A DNA stretch of 64,000 nt from Pavona decussata (taxonomy: Eukaryota), in assembly GCA_977016875.1 (NCBI GenBank), contig CDRNST010000068.1, positions 434,001-498,000 on the forward strand. The letters run 5' to 3'. This document shows positions 12,649-26,240 of the stretch, piece by piece (positions within the stretch are counted from its first letter, which is position 1; each line of letters starts with the position of its first letter). The notes beneath the pieces were generated by a model. That model did not search any database. It was given only the letters and a program-made list of their open reading frames with translations, and was not told where the DNA came from. Made by a program: the position numbers and the translations under genes.

Positions 12649-15623
12649 TATCAACCAATAATATAAATGAAAAGAAAGACTTTAAGTTCGTTTTCTCGCA
12701 GCAATCCAGTTCGCATTTCTTGACTTGTCAGGATAGAAAATTACTAAGAGACGATTGTTGAAATGACTTAGACCACAGTTTAAGACAATTAACCTTTGTA
12801 CCTGTTTCCAACTGGGTCATTTTACCTTTTGCATAATGCTCACAGAAGACAATATCTAAAATCTAAAAGTATTCGGGTCAGCCAGATTGAAGCCGGCTTT
12901 TTTTTTAGTAGACGTGATCTGAACTTGTTTAAATGACCGACACTTTCTCTGGATTTTGGGAATGGGGAGAACACTAGCATTGGTTACACGAAGGATGAGT
13001 GTTGCAACACTTTACATTGAAATTGCTAATACATCTGCAGCTAAGATGAGATCAGTCCATTTCTAGCGAAATTAAAAGCCAATTGGCTGGTTTGGTAGAA
13101 TCAGCCAGTTTTTAACTTACTTTATTTTATTTTCTTACAATTAAGGGGGGTTCTGGTTTAATTTTCAGGAAATAGGATGGGACTTAGGAAAGAGGGATAA
13201 ATGCTTTGTACACAACGGCGACCAGACATTCGGCTGATTCGGGCCGGGCGGTGAGCGTACTTCGGATTTTTAGCGGGCTGTTTTAGTGTCCATCTATAAA
13301 TTCCTTGATTTCAATCAATTTTTGCAAAATTATCATTTTCCCCTTTTGTCTTCTTTATTAACACCCTACAATACATTAAACAAATCTGAAGGAGTGATGT
13401 GGCCGCCCATTGTGAACCCATTGAGGCATTTTTGGATTGTGTAAAACCTCAACGAGAAAATAATGATAAAACGCTGAAAACTTACAAGATCATAGCATTT
13501 AACCAGACCCTGCTTTAGATCGAAACTTACTCTTCATGTTCATAAGGTTACGTTTGCGCTTTTGACGATAGTGGATACTCTACACTGAAATTCGCCACTC
13601 ACATTGCGCGTTTGGGGATTATTTTACCGTTTCAGGCATCGTTTAGAATCACTGTCATTCCCCTCCGTCTTATGACGGTAATGACAGTGATTTCAAACAA
13701 TGCCCGAAACAGTAAAATAATCCCCAAACGCGCAAGAATACACATACTTTACATACTACATACATACTTTATTTGCAACTCCCTAAAAGGGTTTTTCAGA
13801 GATGAGTCAGTTTCAGTTTTCACTTTATTGAATGAAAGTTAAATTCAGGGTTATTTAAGCTTCGGAATCGACAGTAGTTTATGTCCCATACAAAGTCATT
13901 ATGACGCGTTTAAATTTTCAACGGCTGCTTGTAGCCCAATACCGCTTACACTCAAAGGTCATCGTCCCACCAGTAATTAATTATTACACGCTCTCTAGTG
14001 ACGCGAGCTTGGGCTGCCTGTGGTTCTAGGTATTGTGATTTCGAAATGATTTTACTTCATCTACCTTCTTGGTGGCTGTAATTACAATGAATAGAGTCGG
14101 ATCTCTATGCAAGAGCCACCCTGGTGACGTTTACAATTTTCTGGTCCTTGTAGAGAGGTGGACGTTCTGGGGAGATTTGGGTGCAATTGGGGCACCACCC
14201 ATCGAATCTAATTAAAGTATGAATTTCTTGTGGCTGCTGGCATAAGCCGAACTTCAAAGCTCGTGGCAATGACAATCCTTTTTATCTGAGTGTCGATCAA
14301 GCTAGAAATAACGAACTGTACCAAAATCGCGCAACAGATTACCACTGAAATGCATAAAAGCAGCATGTTGTTCAAATAACTTATAAATGTTGCATAAAGA
14401 TTGCACTGTTTTGGAAATAGTGTAAATATTTAGATATAATAGTCCTCAGTACTGAGGACGAGTAAAAATACTTGAATTGAAACAAACGCTGCTCCATCAG
14501 GATACTGTAAACCCGTTTTGATCTATGTGGCCACACTCGATTAACCTAAACTTTTCCTTATTAAAACACGCACGTGCGTTAGGTCAAGCACCGGACCACG
14601 ACTGACATCTTGTTTCGTGACTTTTGCTCAACTTAACAGTATCTACGTATGTAGTATTTTTATACGCAATTCGTCCGCTGGTTTGCTTCGTTACAAAGAG
14701 GTTAATATAGGGACTGAATTACGTTTTCGTGGCCGAAACACCATAGATCGGGGAGACGTTCGGGCTGGTGTGGAGAGGTTAAAATAAGGGTAAATGTATG
14801 GATTGTCAGCTGGAACAAAAACGAGGCCTTTGTTACACACCGTTGGCAGAGGTTCCACTGTATTACGAATCACTCATTGACGTAAGGGAAATTATACACT
14901 TGCTTGTCGTGGACCTGACGCGGAACGGTCATTGAAAAAGTGAAGAGGAACTTAGTGTTTAATTAATTTTAATATTAGTAAACCAGTGCTGTTACAAAAT
15001 GAAAATTATTACTTGTATCACTAAACTATATAACAACTCAATTCTTTTTCATTGAGATGATTCTGATTGCGCTACCACACTAAGACAGATCAGGTTATGT
15101 TTTCATTCGCGGTGGTTAAGATAGTTTGAGGTCGTTAGCCAAACTAAAGTATTTTAAGCTTGGTATCCCATTAACCCCTTATTTGTACGGTCTATAATGT
15201 GAGGCACTCAAGAAAAGGAATTATTTGCTTGATGCATAAACGACTTACATTAAACTAAATTAGCATTAATGCAACATTTTCCCGAACGCTCGAGGGACAT
15301 TTTCCAATTAATTAGTAATAACTTTGAGATACTTTCAAATTACATTATCTACCACGGTGCTAAGAGATAGACACAGAGCGGAGAATGACGCCAAACTTCA
15401 AGTAACTGCGTTAAGCATCATACATCAGTTGTGGTTCAGTTGTGAAACGCGCTATATTATGAAACGGGAAAAGGAACACCGCATGATACGGTACTTGTGT
15501 GGTAAACGTCCAAAACGAGGTCATTCTGATGGCAACTGTTGCTTGGCAACAGACATTTCCAATTTAGGTACCGTGGCTGAGTTATGAGTTAGCAGTTAGC
15601 TCGTGCCTGTTTAGCGAACCAAC

Positions 15624-15980
15624 ATGGAAACCATCGAGAACAAGCAAGTTCGTCATTCAAGACGAGTCCAAGGCAGACAAAGATGTCACACCTCTACTTT
15701 CTATGAGAAAAACATGAAAAAGTTTTTGACTATCATCTATCACAATATTAAGAGGCTTCAAGACGACAAGAAAGGTATAAAGAGGAGTGACAGCGTTCCA
15801 CATCAGTTAAAACTGTGCGGTGCACCTGAAAGCATACCACTACAGACGGAAAACCAAGTTACTGATGTCTGCGAACATTCCCGGGCCCATTCCGACTTCT
15901 CTCTTCAGTTGCAACAGGACTCCCTCAGTCCGAAATCGTCTAAAAGGAAGGTAACTTTTTCCATTCCACTGGAAAAATAA
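15624..15980 (+). CDS. array copy 3 (subfamily B): 118-aa helix + RVxF protein
   Basis: AACATGG start; YEKNMKKFLTIIYHNIKRLQD, RSDSVP, KRKVTFS. Confidence 0.85.
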   Translation: METIENKQVRHSRRVQGRQRCHTSTFYEKNMKKFLTIIYHNIKRLQDDKKGIKRSDSVPHQLKLCGAPESIPLQTENQVTDVCEHSRAHSDFSLQLQQDSLSPKSSKRKVTFSIPLEK

Positions 15981-18520
15981 TGAAACATTTCCAGCTGAAA
16001 TATAATGAACTGACTGATCGATTTGAAAAGCTAGTCGGAGGGCAAAGTTCTATCGAGTTGGGCAATTTATCTTTTAAGTCAGTCTCACATTTTGTGTCTC
16101 TTCATGAGAAGAGCTGTTAACTTTTCATGAAAATTTCCTCGCGCATTATCATTTAAGATTAGCTAAAAAAGGTGTTGCACTCTGCATTACTCATATAAAT
16201 CCTTTGGATTTTCTATAGTTTAGCAGATAATAAGAAATGCAAAATCAAAGGATGCCAGTCATAACGATATGAATTAGATTTGTTGCTGTGCACGTGGCAA
16301 ATTCATTCGTGTTGCAATACCTATTTATAATTTACTAATCATCGTAGTTAACTTCTGTGGTATTTGTTCTTACGCAATTTATATTAATTTGTATTCAATC
16401 ACAATCAATGAGCCACGGAAGTTTTAATCTGTATTATATTTAGTACTCCTTTTCATTGTACTAAAAAAATGAAAAAAAAAAAACCAAAGCGGTAAAAACG
16501 GTTCATCCAACTCGACTCAATAGATGTCGAAAACAATTAATAAAAAGAAGCTATAAAGAACCTTGAGGGACCTGGTCACCCTGCATTTCGTAGACTAAAT
16601 TGATAAGTAATTAAAATTCGTTTAAAATATTACAATAATTTAGATATAGGCATTCTTTATTCGGGATACCGCGTAACTGCTAGTCGCATCTCTTAACTCA
16701 CTCTACAATGTCATGACTGATCGCGAATCAAGTTGCAAGGTTTAGTCATTGAAACTGATATTAAAAAATGTAACTCGCCATCAGATATTTAGAGCAATAA
16801 AAGGGGTACGCCCTTCGGTGAAGCCGTATTTAAAGCTTTTTATCCAATCCGTAAAACGATGTGAAGAATACTTATCAATGTGAAGTTGGAAAGAACCTTA
16901 AGGCAGACGATCAAGCGGTTGTGTTTCGTACATTATACTAAGACGTAATTAGAAGGCGAATAACGATTTTGTAATCATTTAAATAATTGGTCATTTAATT
17001 TTATATTATTAGCTTCGCCAGGAACAATACTGTGAATGCAAGGCGATGCAAAAACGTTAGAGGAGGGGACGCCGCAACAACAGCTCAAGCCAGTTGCTGC
17101 GGGCCTAGAACACATAAAAAGGATTAAATTATGTAGGATAAACTAGATAAAGATCGAGGGTCTTCAGGGTCGTAAGAGACTTGGACAGCTCGACTGCGTA
17201 TAATGATTCAGATTGCCTTCGAGTGATCAATTAAGTAAATAGTGAATGGAGAGCCGGGCTAAGGAATTCCATATTCGAGTAGCTCTGCCCCAGAAACGCC
17301 TTTGAAAGGAAGCTATCTTATAAAAGGGGGTTATTCTGAAGCTTGTATATCTGGTTTGCTGAGCCAGTGGGCGTGCGTAGCTGTAAGGTGGTAATTTATG
17401 GAAGAAAGGAGCAGATACAGCTATGAACGGAAAGACACGATATCTATAGTTGTGCAAGCTAGTTGAAAATGGCGAGAAGGTATCCGGTTTGATAAGCCTA
17501 TCCTTACAAGTTTCTTAACGGGCAGATTAAGAAGGAACTTTGTAGCCCGTACACTCAAAGAGGCCGCCGTTTGGAAAGAAATTAAAATTTAGAAATCCTG
17601 ACGTAATTCCCATTTCATGTGTCACGTCCCAGAAATTGCTCATTCATGGATAACGAAAGCTGCTATTTATTCTGTTTACTCATGAGTGAAAGGCAGACTG
17701 TATAGAATCAATCTTAATCAACTTTGTGGTTGAAATTTAACCTTGACTTGGTTTTCCTGATTCCACCCGTTACACCATGCATGCTTTTGTGGTTTCACTT
17801 CAAGATACATTAGAATCTTGCCAAGAGCGAAACGAGCACATAGAAAGAGTCTAATATGCATGGACACTGGAACTACGTTATTTTTATGTATTTATTTATT
17901 TTTTTGCGTAACCGCGGTTAGGGCAAACTCAAAACGCTTTGCCAAGCTCTGGGTCGCGTGATCTCAGACATGATCTTACCTCAGATCTACAATTTGATTG
18001 TCTACAACTCCCCTAAATATTAGGTTTTGAATTGTTGACATAGGGGAAATGCATATACTCGTTGCCGTAAACGATTAGAAAAAATAAGATTTTTTTTGTA
18101 CAGTATGCAATGCATGTGGAGTACTTGGTATAAAAGGAAATGATTTGCTTCATTAAGAAACTACTTCAGTTAAAACAGAATTAACATCAATACAATATTT
18201 CTCCGAATGCTAGAGGCAAGTTTTTATTTTAATTAGTGTCAACGTTCAAAGGTTCACAAACGTTTTGATCCAACACTGCGCTCATAGAGATCCAGCGAAC
18301 AAAACTGCCGCACTATCTAGTTACGGTGTTTATATCAGATTCTCTTTTGTAGTTTAATTGTGAAACGCACGAGGAAAAAAACAAAAGGGAACTAATACGG
18401 ATGGATGCAGCACTTTCATGTGCACTGCGATATCGTTGTACAAACAGAGTTTAATTTACTGGGAAATTTGGCGAGGGACAAGACAGGCGTTAGCTCGTGC
18501 CTTATTAAACAGTCAACAAA

Positions 18521-18844
18521 ATGGGAAACATCGAGGACAAGCAAGTTCATCATTCAAGACGAACCAAGGGTAAACAAAGATGCCGTACTTCTACTTCTTA
18601 TGAGAAAGACATGAACAAGTTTTTGACTATTATCTATCACAACATAAAGAGGCTTCAAGACGACAAGAAAGGAATAGAGAGGAGTGGAAGCGAACTGCGC
18701 GGTACTACGCCAGAAAGAAGGATTTTGTTGGATAACCGTGATGTCTGCAAACTTGATCGGACCCATTTTGATTTGCCACAGCATTCCTGCGGTTCACAGT
18801 TGTTTAAAACAAAGGTGACTTTTTCTAATCCAGTGTCTAACTGA
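18521..18844 (+). CDS. array copy 4 (subfamily B): 107-aa helix + RVxF protein
   Basis: AAAATGG start; YEKDMNKFLTIIYHNIKRLQD, KTKVTFS. Flanking DNA aligns with copy 3 flanks. Confidence 0.85.
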   Translation: MGNIEDKQVHHSRRTKGKQRCRTSTSYEKDMNKFLTIIYHNIKRLQDDKKGIERSGSELRGTTPERRILLDNRDVCKLDRTHFDLPQHSCGSQLFKTKVTFSNPVSN

Positions 18845-20929
18845 AACATGTGAACGAACTGATCGATTTGAAAAGTTAGCGAGGACACTCTGTTATGTTG
18901 AGTTCGACAATGTTCTCTTCAGTGACAGTTTTAAAGCATGCCGAGTTTTTAAAAAATCCAACAGTTTCGTTCACTGAAACGCGCTATTAACTTTTCATGA
19001 AAACGTACTTCATTACCATTTCAAATTAACCCGCACAGCCGTGGCTCTCTATCGACTAATCTTATCAATGCATTGGATTTTCAGTAGCATCCCGTTTACA
19101 GTAATTAAATTATTTACTGTGCAATTTTTTGTCAGGCATGTTAAGAAGTCTTTGCTCAGACAATTACGCTTAAAAATTATTTATCAGCTGTCTCTTGTGT
19201 CCCCAGATCGTTTTCTGGTCGTTTAAAGACACATTTGTGTACGTCAGCTAATACAGTTTGATAGGTTGGGTTGCTTTAGTTGAAAACTGTAGTTGCAGAA
19301 AGTTTTAGGAAACAGAATCATATTCCCCGAATTTAAGAGCCGAATTTAAGAGCTTTAGGAAAAATGATAGCTGACCATATTTCGCATTTTTAACGGCATA
19401 TTTACCCCTCCGAAAACAAGAGGAATTAGTTTACTAAATTTTGAGATGATAATTTATTGAAGAAAATTTTAGTTTCTCTTTACAGTAAAATCCGTAATTC
19501 TGAGGGGATTAAGCCCATCCGAACAGAAATCCACCGAAATGAACCGCTGGGTGTCCCTAGCTGCATGATGTACGTGATCAATTTGTTCGTGTCGCAATAA
19601 CTGTTTATTTATCGTTCATTTCTGCTTTGTAATTGCTCTGACGCAATAAGTAATTTTACACGATTAATTACATCATGTAAACCTGCTAAAAATAGTGGCT
19701 AGGCAAACGGCTGACAATTCCCAGCTAAGGGTGTTTACACCATCCACGAAACAGATGTTGGACAATATTACTCACTGTCGACTCTTTCATTCAAAACGAC
19801 GACTGCGCGCGCTCTTTCAAAGTGGTAAAGCGGTTCATCCAATCAATAAAATGATGTCAAAAACCGAATTCATAAGAAGACGCTGTCTGGAGCCTTGAGG
19901 CAGACGGTAACGCTGAGTTTGTATATATAGAATTTTTGTATTTTTTTTGTGTGTATATTGCAAGATTACAGTCATTTAATGATGCAATCATTTTTTATCG
20001 TTTTTTGTTAATAAACTCTGGTACCAGGCACTTGTTTGTCGCAGCTTTTAACTCACTCTTCGACACTCTAAAATGCCACGACCAGATCAGTTAGCGAGGT
20101 TTAGTCAATAAAACAAATATTAAAAAAGATATTACTTTCCGTGAAGTATTTAAAGAAAATAAGAGGAACACCCTACAGTTTTTCGTCAAATGGTGGGGTA
20201 AAACGATATCAAGAAAAAATAACCATTAATTTGAAGTTAGAGAAAGCTTTGAGGCAGACGATCGGCCTATGTGTCGTATTTTAAACCGAGATAGAACTAA
20301 AAAGTGATGAACGCGTGTGTAATCATTTAAAAATAATCTTTTTTTTAATCTCAACTGTTTGTCGTAGGTGCACATGACGCTGCAAAACCAGTGATTTCAA
20401 CATAGGCCATGCTGAAATCACTCACCTGGTTTTGCAGCGTCATGTTGTTTTGGCTTCAGTTAGTAGCGAAAAAGAAGGGTCACGTGCAGGTGACGTGTCA
20501 TGGATTACCATTTGCACGAAATGTGATTTTCCTTGGTTCCTTATCAAAGTGCCTCGGGTATACTGCTAAGATCAGTTCACGGTTACATCTCCATGCTAAC
20601 CAATGAGTATGATCCATTCACAGCACCGGCTAGAAAGAGATTGTAGTCTATATGTTATTGAAAAAAACATTTAGACCGTGACCACAAACTCTTGATTTTT
20701 TTGCGGTCTATTAAAGTAGACTGAAAGCAAGACTAAGCAACGAAACTTTTAAGTTTATTACAATCTGACAACTCGTAACTTATTTGTTCAGGTTCTAAAT
20801 TAACTCAAGTGTGGTTGTTGTCGGACGTTTTTGAAAAGTGGGATAAATCCAATTTGCAACACAGAAAGACGCCAAAACTTGGAACAAAAATTCGTCTTTC
20901 AAATCATCAGTCTTAATCACCAAGGAATC

Positions 20930-21165
20930 AGCGAATGTTTTTTTATTTAACTGACGAATTCTTGTTTTTCTTGTTACCATGCTTCCACCAATAGCATAGC
21001 ACCACACACACAACCACCACAACTAAAACCTCAACCACGCACAACCTACAAGTCCTTGATACGACCAAGGGCTAGTCTTCGAGACGTCAGCTTTTGTATT
21101 TCTTTGCGGTGTCCAATGTATCTATAGTTATCAATTCAGTTGATAAAACCAAACGTTCTTTATGT
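20930..21165 (+). mobile_element. degenerate Penelope-like element 3' end with decayed hammerhead
   Basis: GACCAAGGGCTAGTCTTCGAGACGTCAGC resembles the CTGACGAAGGGCTAACGCTCGAAACGTCAGC hammerhead-bearing terminus, followed by TCAATTCAGTTGATAAAACC. Recognised by pattern, not by alignment. Confidence 0.4.
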
Positions 21166-21903
21166 TCTTAGCCCTTATCGTGCTGATCCGGTTACAATCC
21201 CGGCCCTCAGACGGACTTTATTTACAATAGCACACTTGTACGAAACAGTGGCACCTTTCACCAGCGGCGAAATCTTAACTTTTCTTCAAACCCCAACAAG
21301 CTATATTTCAAATTAAAGCTTAATAAATTGCCTTACCGATTATAGTGATAAAAACGAATTTTGCTCATAAACTGCTTTCAAAATCCAACTGTGGATAGTT
21401 GTGGTTGACTGAGGTGGTTCTGCTCAACTAACTTTTAAGTTCGGTATGCCCTTTCCGCTAACCTGTAATATCCATTTTCATACAGTCTATTATACATGTG
21501 AAGCGCTGTATAAAAACAAATGATTTGTTTGATAAATGTAAACGACTTATAAAGTTCAACAGAAATAAAGTCAATCAATACATTTTGGGCACGCGAGGCA
21601 AGGTTTTCCTCAACTATATTATTAAGCAATATGTGTCAATTTCGAGAGCCAACTGAAATTGCTGCCAAATCAAGTCAATTCCGTCGTTAACATCATATTC
21701 CGTTGTGGTTCGTGGAAGAATTGCATTGTGAAAAAAACATATAAGCAGTTTAAGTAGAATTCAGTCCGTTAAAGAGTACATTGGAGCTCACTAAGCTTTA
21801 AAGGGAGCTATGGCTTGGCGATGAGAATATATTTACTAGACAGAGAAGTAACGGCATGTTCGTGCCAAGCAACTCCCACTCAATATTAGCTAAAATAGAA
21901 AAC

Positions 21904-22132
21904 ATGGAGGATAATCAAGTTCGACATTCAAGACGAGTCAACGGCAAACTCAGATGCCACATTTATAGCAGTTCATATGGAAAAGGCACCAGTTTAAACT
22001 GACAGTGCCGCCTGTGCACCAGAAAGGAGCATTTAATTGGAAAATCGTGTCCATGACGTCTGCAGATTTAGCCGGGTCCATTCCGATTCCTTTCTACAGT
22101 TGCCACGGCATCCCTGCAGTTCACAGTTATTT
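21904..22132 (+). pseudogene. array copy 5 (subfamily B pseudogene)
   Basis: MEDNQVRHSRRVNGKLRCHIYSSSYGK matches copy 3 (ENKQVRHSRRVQGRQRCHTSTFYEK). A ~90-nt deletion with frameshift gives a stop at 22000-22002. Homology resumes (DVCRFSRVHSDSFLQL) and ends at ~22132, just before the RVxF codons. Confidence 0.8.
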
Positions 22133-22134
22133 GT

Positions 22135-22251
22135 TTTCTCACATAGTTATAAGCCGCGGAAAAGTATTCCTGTATCATAGGTAGCCCAAGTTTCTCGGAA
22201 AATCCCGAGATGCGCATAACATATGCGCAGTAACAAAGGGAGGCACCGTCC
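22135..22251 (-). mobile_element. fragment of the TTAA-flanked (Kolobok-like) MITE family seen at 38781
   Basis: Ends in AGGCACCGTCC, the reverse complement of the TIR start GGACGGTGCCT; internal GATGCGCATAACATATGCGCAGTAACAA matches the 38781 copy. Confidence 0.6.
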
Positions 22252-22539
22252 ATAAATTACATTATTATGTGTACCTGAACGTAGAAAATAATTCGTTTCG
22301 TAATTCCTGTTCATTAGTGTTAATTTCTGTTGGCATTTGTTCGTACGCAATTTATATTATTTAAATTTTTATTTTATTTTATTATCTGTCAAAAGTCATT
22401 GCCATGGTAACGTCAAAGTCAATTAACACTAACCAATAACATAAACATTTTGCGTAGATAATTTTCGGAAAAAGTCCTGAGGTTTCATGGCGTTTGCTTA
22501 AATATCAAAAAAGCTATTCAGGTTCAAAGTCGATTGTAA

Positions 22540-23277
22540 AGGCCGGCATTTATTTTGTATTCATATGATTTGTCTCTCAAGACTTTCAGTGGAAGGAACT
22601 GTCCCTGATGGAAGATGGCACTAAGTTCCAAACCCTGCACGAGCGAGTGAAGATTGAACGTTGAAATGTTAGAGTCTTGCATTTCTTTAGGACAAGGGTA
22701 GTGATGTCTTGATTATGAGATGATATTGTTACTCTAACTGACCACTAGGGAGTGGTAGGATTCCCTTGTCGAAGTCGCTTAAACCGTTGAGGGGCGTTCC
22801 TTATGAAAAAATACCAAGTCCATAAACTCGAGCCATTAGTTAACTGGTAAAAGGATGCATTGTATGAGCCTTTGCATGACATTTCTGTTTGCAAGTGTAG
22901 CATTAAGATACATTTAGTAGCCCTTCTCTATAATCGTTCCATGCATCAGTTTATCAGTTCGATCGACTGCATGTAGATCCCACACCTGCGTTGCGTAGCC
23001 CAAGCGGGAACGAACAAAGGCCAGCTACCGGAGTGCGACGTGTATCAGTGTTGTTGATATACTCCGAGGTTCTATGAACGAGCCCCAGTAGCTTGTTGGC
23101 CTTCAAGAGAATTGTTGGTGGACTTGTTTTGACCATGCGCGTTTACTTGAAATCCAGACACTCGGATATTTCTCTTCGGTATTATCGTCTAGAGCTGTAC
23201 CCTTTATAGGATTCCTCTTCCTGGTAATTCGCTGGAACTTGCACTGTTTTTGGTTGCACTTTAGAGCTTATGATTCT
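22540..23277 (-). mobile_element. old CR1/L2-like LINE, 3' part (split by nested insertions)
   Basis: Minus-strand remnants LKCNQKQCKFQRITRKRNP and KANKLLGLVHRT; continues the RT fragment at 26240-26389. Confidence 0.6.
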
Positions 23278-23294
23278 AAGTTATGATTCTAAGT

Positions 23295-23560
23295 GGGAGG
23301 CAGCGTGGGCGAGTGGTTAGGGCGCCGGACTTGAATCCGGTGGTCCCGGGTTCAAGTCCCGCTCTGATCGCTAGCCGGAGTTGTTTCTCAGTAGCCCTGA
23401 GTTCAACTCCTCGGCCGCGCTTGTAAATAGCCAGATGGTCTTCCTCCTGCCAGTTGGAATTTTTGACCATGTTATGTTCAATTTAAATTATTTCTTTGTG
23501 AAGTTTAATGCTCGGCCCCACTAGCACTTGTGCTATAAACACTGCCGAGGGTAGATAAAA

Positions 23561-23628
<68 letters not shown>
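23295..23628 (+). mobile_element. tRNA-derived SINE with (TTA)n tail
   Basis: Box A-like TGGGCGAGTGG and box B GGTTCAAGTCC, a non-tRNA body, and a (TTA)n tail at 23562-23628 whose remainder lies at 26202-26239. Confidence 0.75.
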
Positions 23629-26201
23629 GTGCAGTTACAAAACGTATGTATGCTAAAATAGAACCACACAGGGCGCGCAGCGTAACCTATGCGATGTTAA
23701 GGAACTATAAAAAGAAAACTGCTGAGTTAAAATAAAATAGCGTTAAAATATAAAAATCTCATAAAATATAAAAGTTCTCCGACACAAAAACTATATGGAG
23801 CTTCTACGCTATTCCCTAAAGGAAAGTCAATTGACGGTAGCTTTGAAAGTTCTCACTTTGTTGAGAGAACTCGAGATGGTAGCCTTCTGCATCCTTCTCA
23901 ATAAGTCATAACCCCTGCTGCCAAAAAGCTTCCTCATTGTCAGGTCTACATCCCTTGACCATCCCCCAAGCACGTCAATGATGATGTTACATTGTTCAAC
24001 GTCATAGCCAGGGAACCGCTTCTTCAGCTCGAATCTCCGTGGCCCGTACTTGACCGTCTTCTCCTCAGACTTCTTTTCCCGATGCTCCATCCACGGACAG
24101 GACATCTCCACAGCCCAAACCTTCTTATTCTTGGTTTCCACTCTGTTAGCCTTGACGATGGTATGTTCAGCATAAACTGGAACATCCTAAAACGCTAATG
24201 CCTCAGATGACTCATAGCCTGGTTTGGGCACTGCACACGAGTACCAGGGAGGGACTGAATCAATTAGCCTCAGATCCCCCGTCATCTCGAAAAAGAGGAC
24301 TTTCAGTGCTGCGTTGTGTCTTACTAGGTACTTAGACTGGGCCAGAGCAGAGCAACCCGCTAGCACATGCGCAAGCGTCTCAGGAGATTTCCCACACAGT
24401 CTACACGTGACGTCGCCCTGTTCTACACCTGTTTTGTGGACTGTGTACATCTTAGTAGGCGTAAGCTGCTCGTACAACTCCATTACCCCAGCGATGGTAT
24501 GGGTAGGAGCACAGGTCCAATCACGCAGCCAAGCAAAACATCCACTCTGATTTAGCTCGCTATCCTGCCACCTAGCCTGCAAAAACCGTCCATGCCACTT
24601 CTCCTCTTTGATCATCTCTTTCAGCTTCTCCATATCTGCCTTCTTGAGATGTTCTTTGACCTTTGGCCCCTGAATCTCCGTCTCAGGATCGCTCACGGAC
24701 CAGCACGACGGTTGAGGGTACTCCAAAGACAGGCTCATGCCCAGTTCCTCGGCAAACTTATGCGCTTCCTTCATCAGTGAAGTGTGTCCCTTCTCTACCG
24801 CCCTCTCTTCGTACTGTTGCACTGCCCTCATAGAGGGATCCATGTTCTGACAGAGCTTTATTGCTGCCTTGATCTTGGTTAACTTGTATTCGCGCTCAAC
24901 CGAGCGCAAGCCACGCCCTCCTTTTTCTCTTGCCAAATACATTATCGCCGTCGAGCTTAAGGGATGTTTTCCACCGTTTTCACAGATGATCTTTCTAGCC
25001 TCTCTGTCGATAACTCGCAGTTCTGTGATTGGCCAGTGTTGAGTCCACATCAGATAGGTTAGGACTGGCATTGTGTACTGGTTGCTGGCTCTTACTCGGT
25101 TTATATCTGACAGAGGACTAGACCATTTCACCGATAGCCTTTTCAGATACACCTTGGCTGCGCACTCAAGGGCCAGCTTTTCATCTTGTGTCACTGTTTC
25201 TTGAACTCCTAAGAACTTATAACTGGTCCCTGGCTTGAGACTCTCAACCACTGATGACTGGTCCAGCTTCGTCCCCACCGCATCTTGCACTTGGTTGCCC
25301 CTTTTGACGTGAAGGACATTGCATTTCTTAGGGTTCCAATGTAAGCCCATATCCTGCATGGCGTTGCTAGCAGACCTGAAAACTCTGTTCAGCTTGGCCC
25401 CAGTCGATGCAAACGCCTTAAAATCGTCTATATATAACAGGTGGGTTACCTTTGTTCCTATAGGCTTTGAAGGCCTATATCCCTCGGTGGCACCTAGTAA
25501 CCAGGCTACTGGGCTTAGGCACAAGGTAAAGAGGCGCGGACAGAGAGCGTCGCCTTGAGGTAACCCCTTGAGAAACCAGATCGAACGGGAGATCTCAGGT
25601 CCCTGCTTCGTGACAGCAACAATCTTGGTATTCCAGCTAACTGCAAGATGACTAATGGTTCCACATAACCACTTACGAAAGCGATGGATCCTCATAACTT
25701 TGGCCAACCAGGTATGGTCGACCGAATCATAGGCTTTCCTAACGTCTACCCAGGCCATGCTAAGGTTTCTCTTACCCCTGTGACAGTCAAGAGTCACCAT
25801 TCTCTCTATCCATAGATTGTCTGTCGTGCCGCTACAGCCAGCTCTGGCGCCTCTCTGTTGTCCCTCCATTAGATCGAATTCTTTCAGGTGACTATCCATA
25901 GGGCTTTGAAGGCAGGATGTGAACCACTTGTATATGTTATTCAAGCACGTTATAGGCTTTCTGATTTTCACATCAGAAATCTCCTGGTTTCGGTAGGAGA
26001 CTTGTTTTTCCCTCGGAGAACCATCCAGGAAACTTCTCTTCACTCTCAGAGATCGCCAAGAACGCCCGTGTGACTCCGTCATGAAGTGCACGCGCACGCT
26101 TCCACCAATAGTTTACGAGCTTGTTGGGCCCTGGGGCGCTCCAGTTTCTTTTCTTGAGGAGAGCCCTAACAGCCTGAGATGTCTTAAGCTGCCAGGGCTC
26201 C
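23629..26201 (-). mobile_element. 5'-truncated, frameshifted RLE-type non-LTR retrotransposon (R4/Dong-like)
   Basis: RT motifs APGPNKL, PITCL, WVDVRKAYDSVDH, GLPQGDALCP, LYIDD; CCHC finger CRLC...HVLAGC and RHN; endonuclease-like AVEMSCPW...KTVKY. Spread over ORFs 25973-26201, 24187-26097 and 23827-24141. Flanked on both sides by (TAA)n. Confidence 0.9.

Positions 26202-26239
<38 letters not shown>

Positions 26240-26240
<1 letters not shown>

Noticed and set aside
12540-12761. Poly-Leu, poly-Asn, poly-Ile and IYLF-repeat ORFs (also 25973-26269 and 35570-35875)
   Set aside because: Translations of (TTA)n and (AAAT)n microsatellites.
24187-26097. 636-aa ORF as a host gene or active retrotransposon
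   Set aside because: It is a retrotransposon RT, 5'-truncated, with a frameshift and a stop before the endonuclease region.
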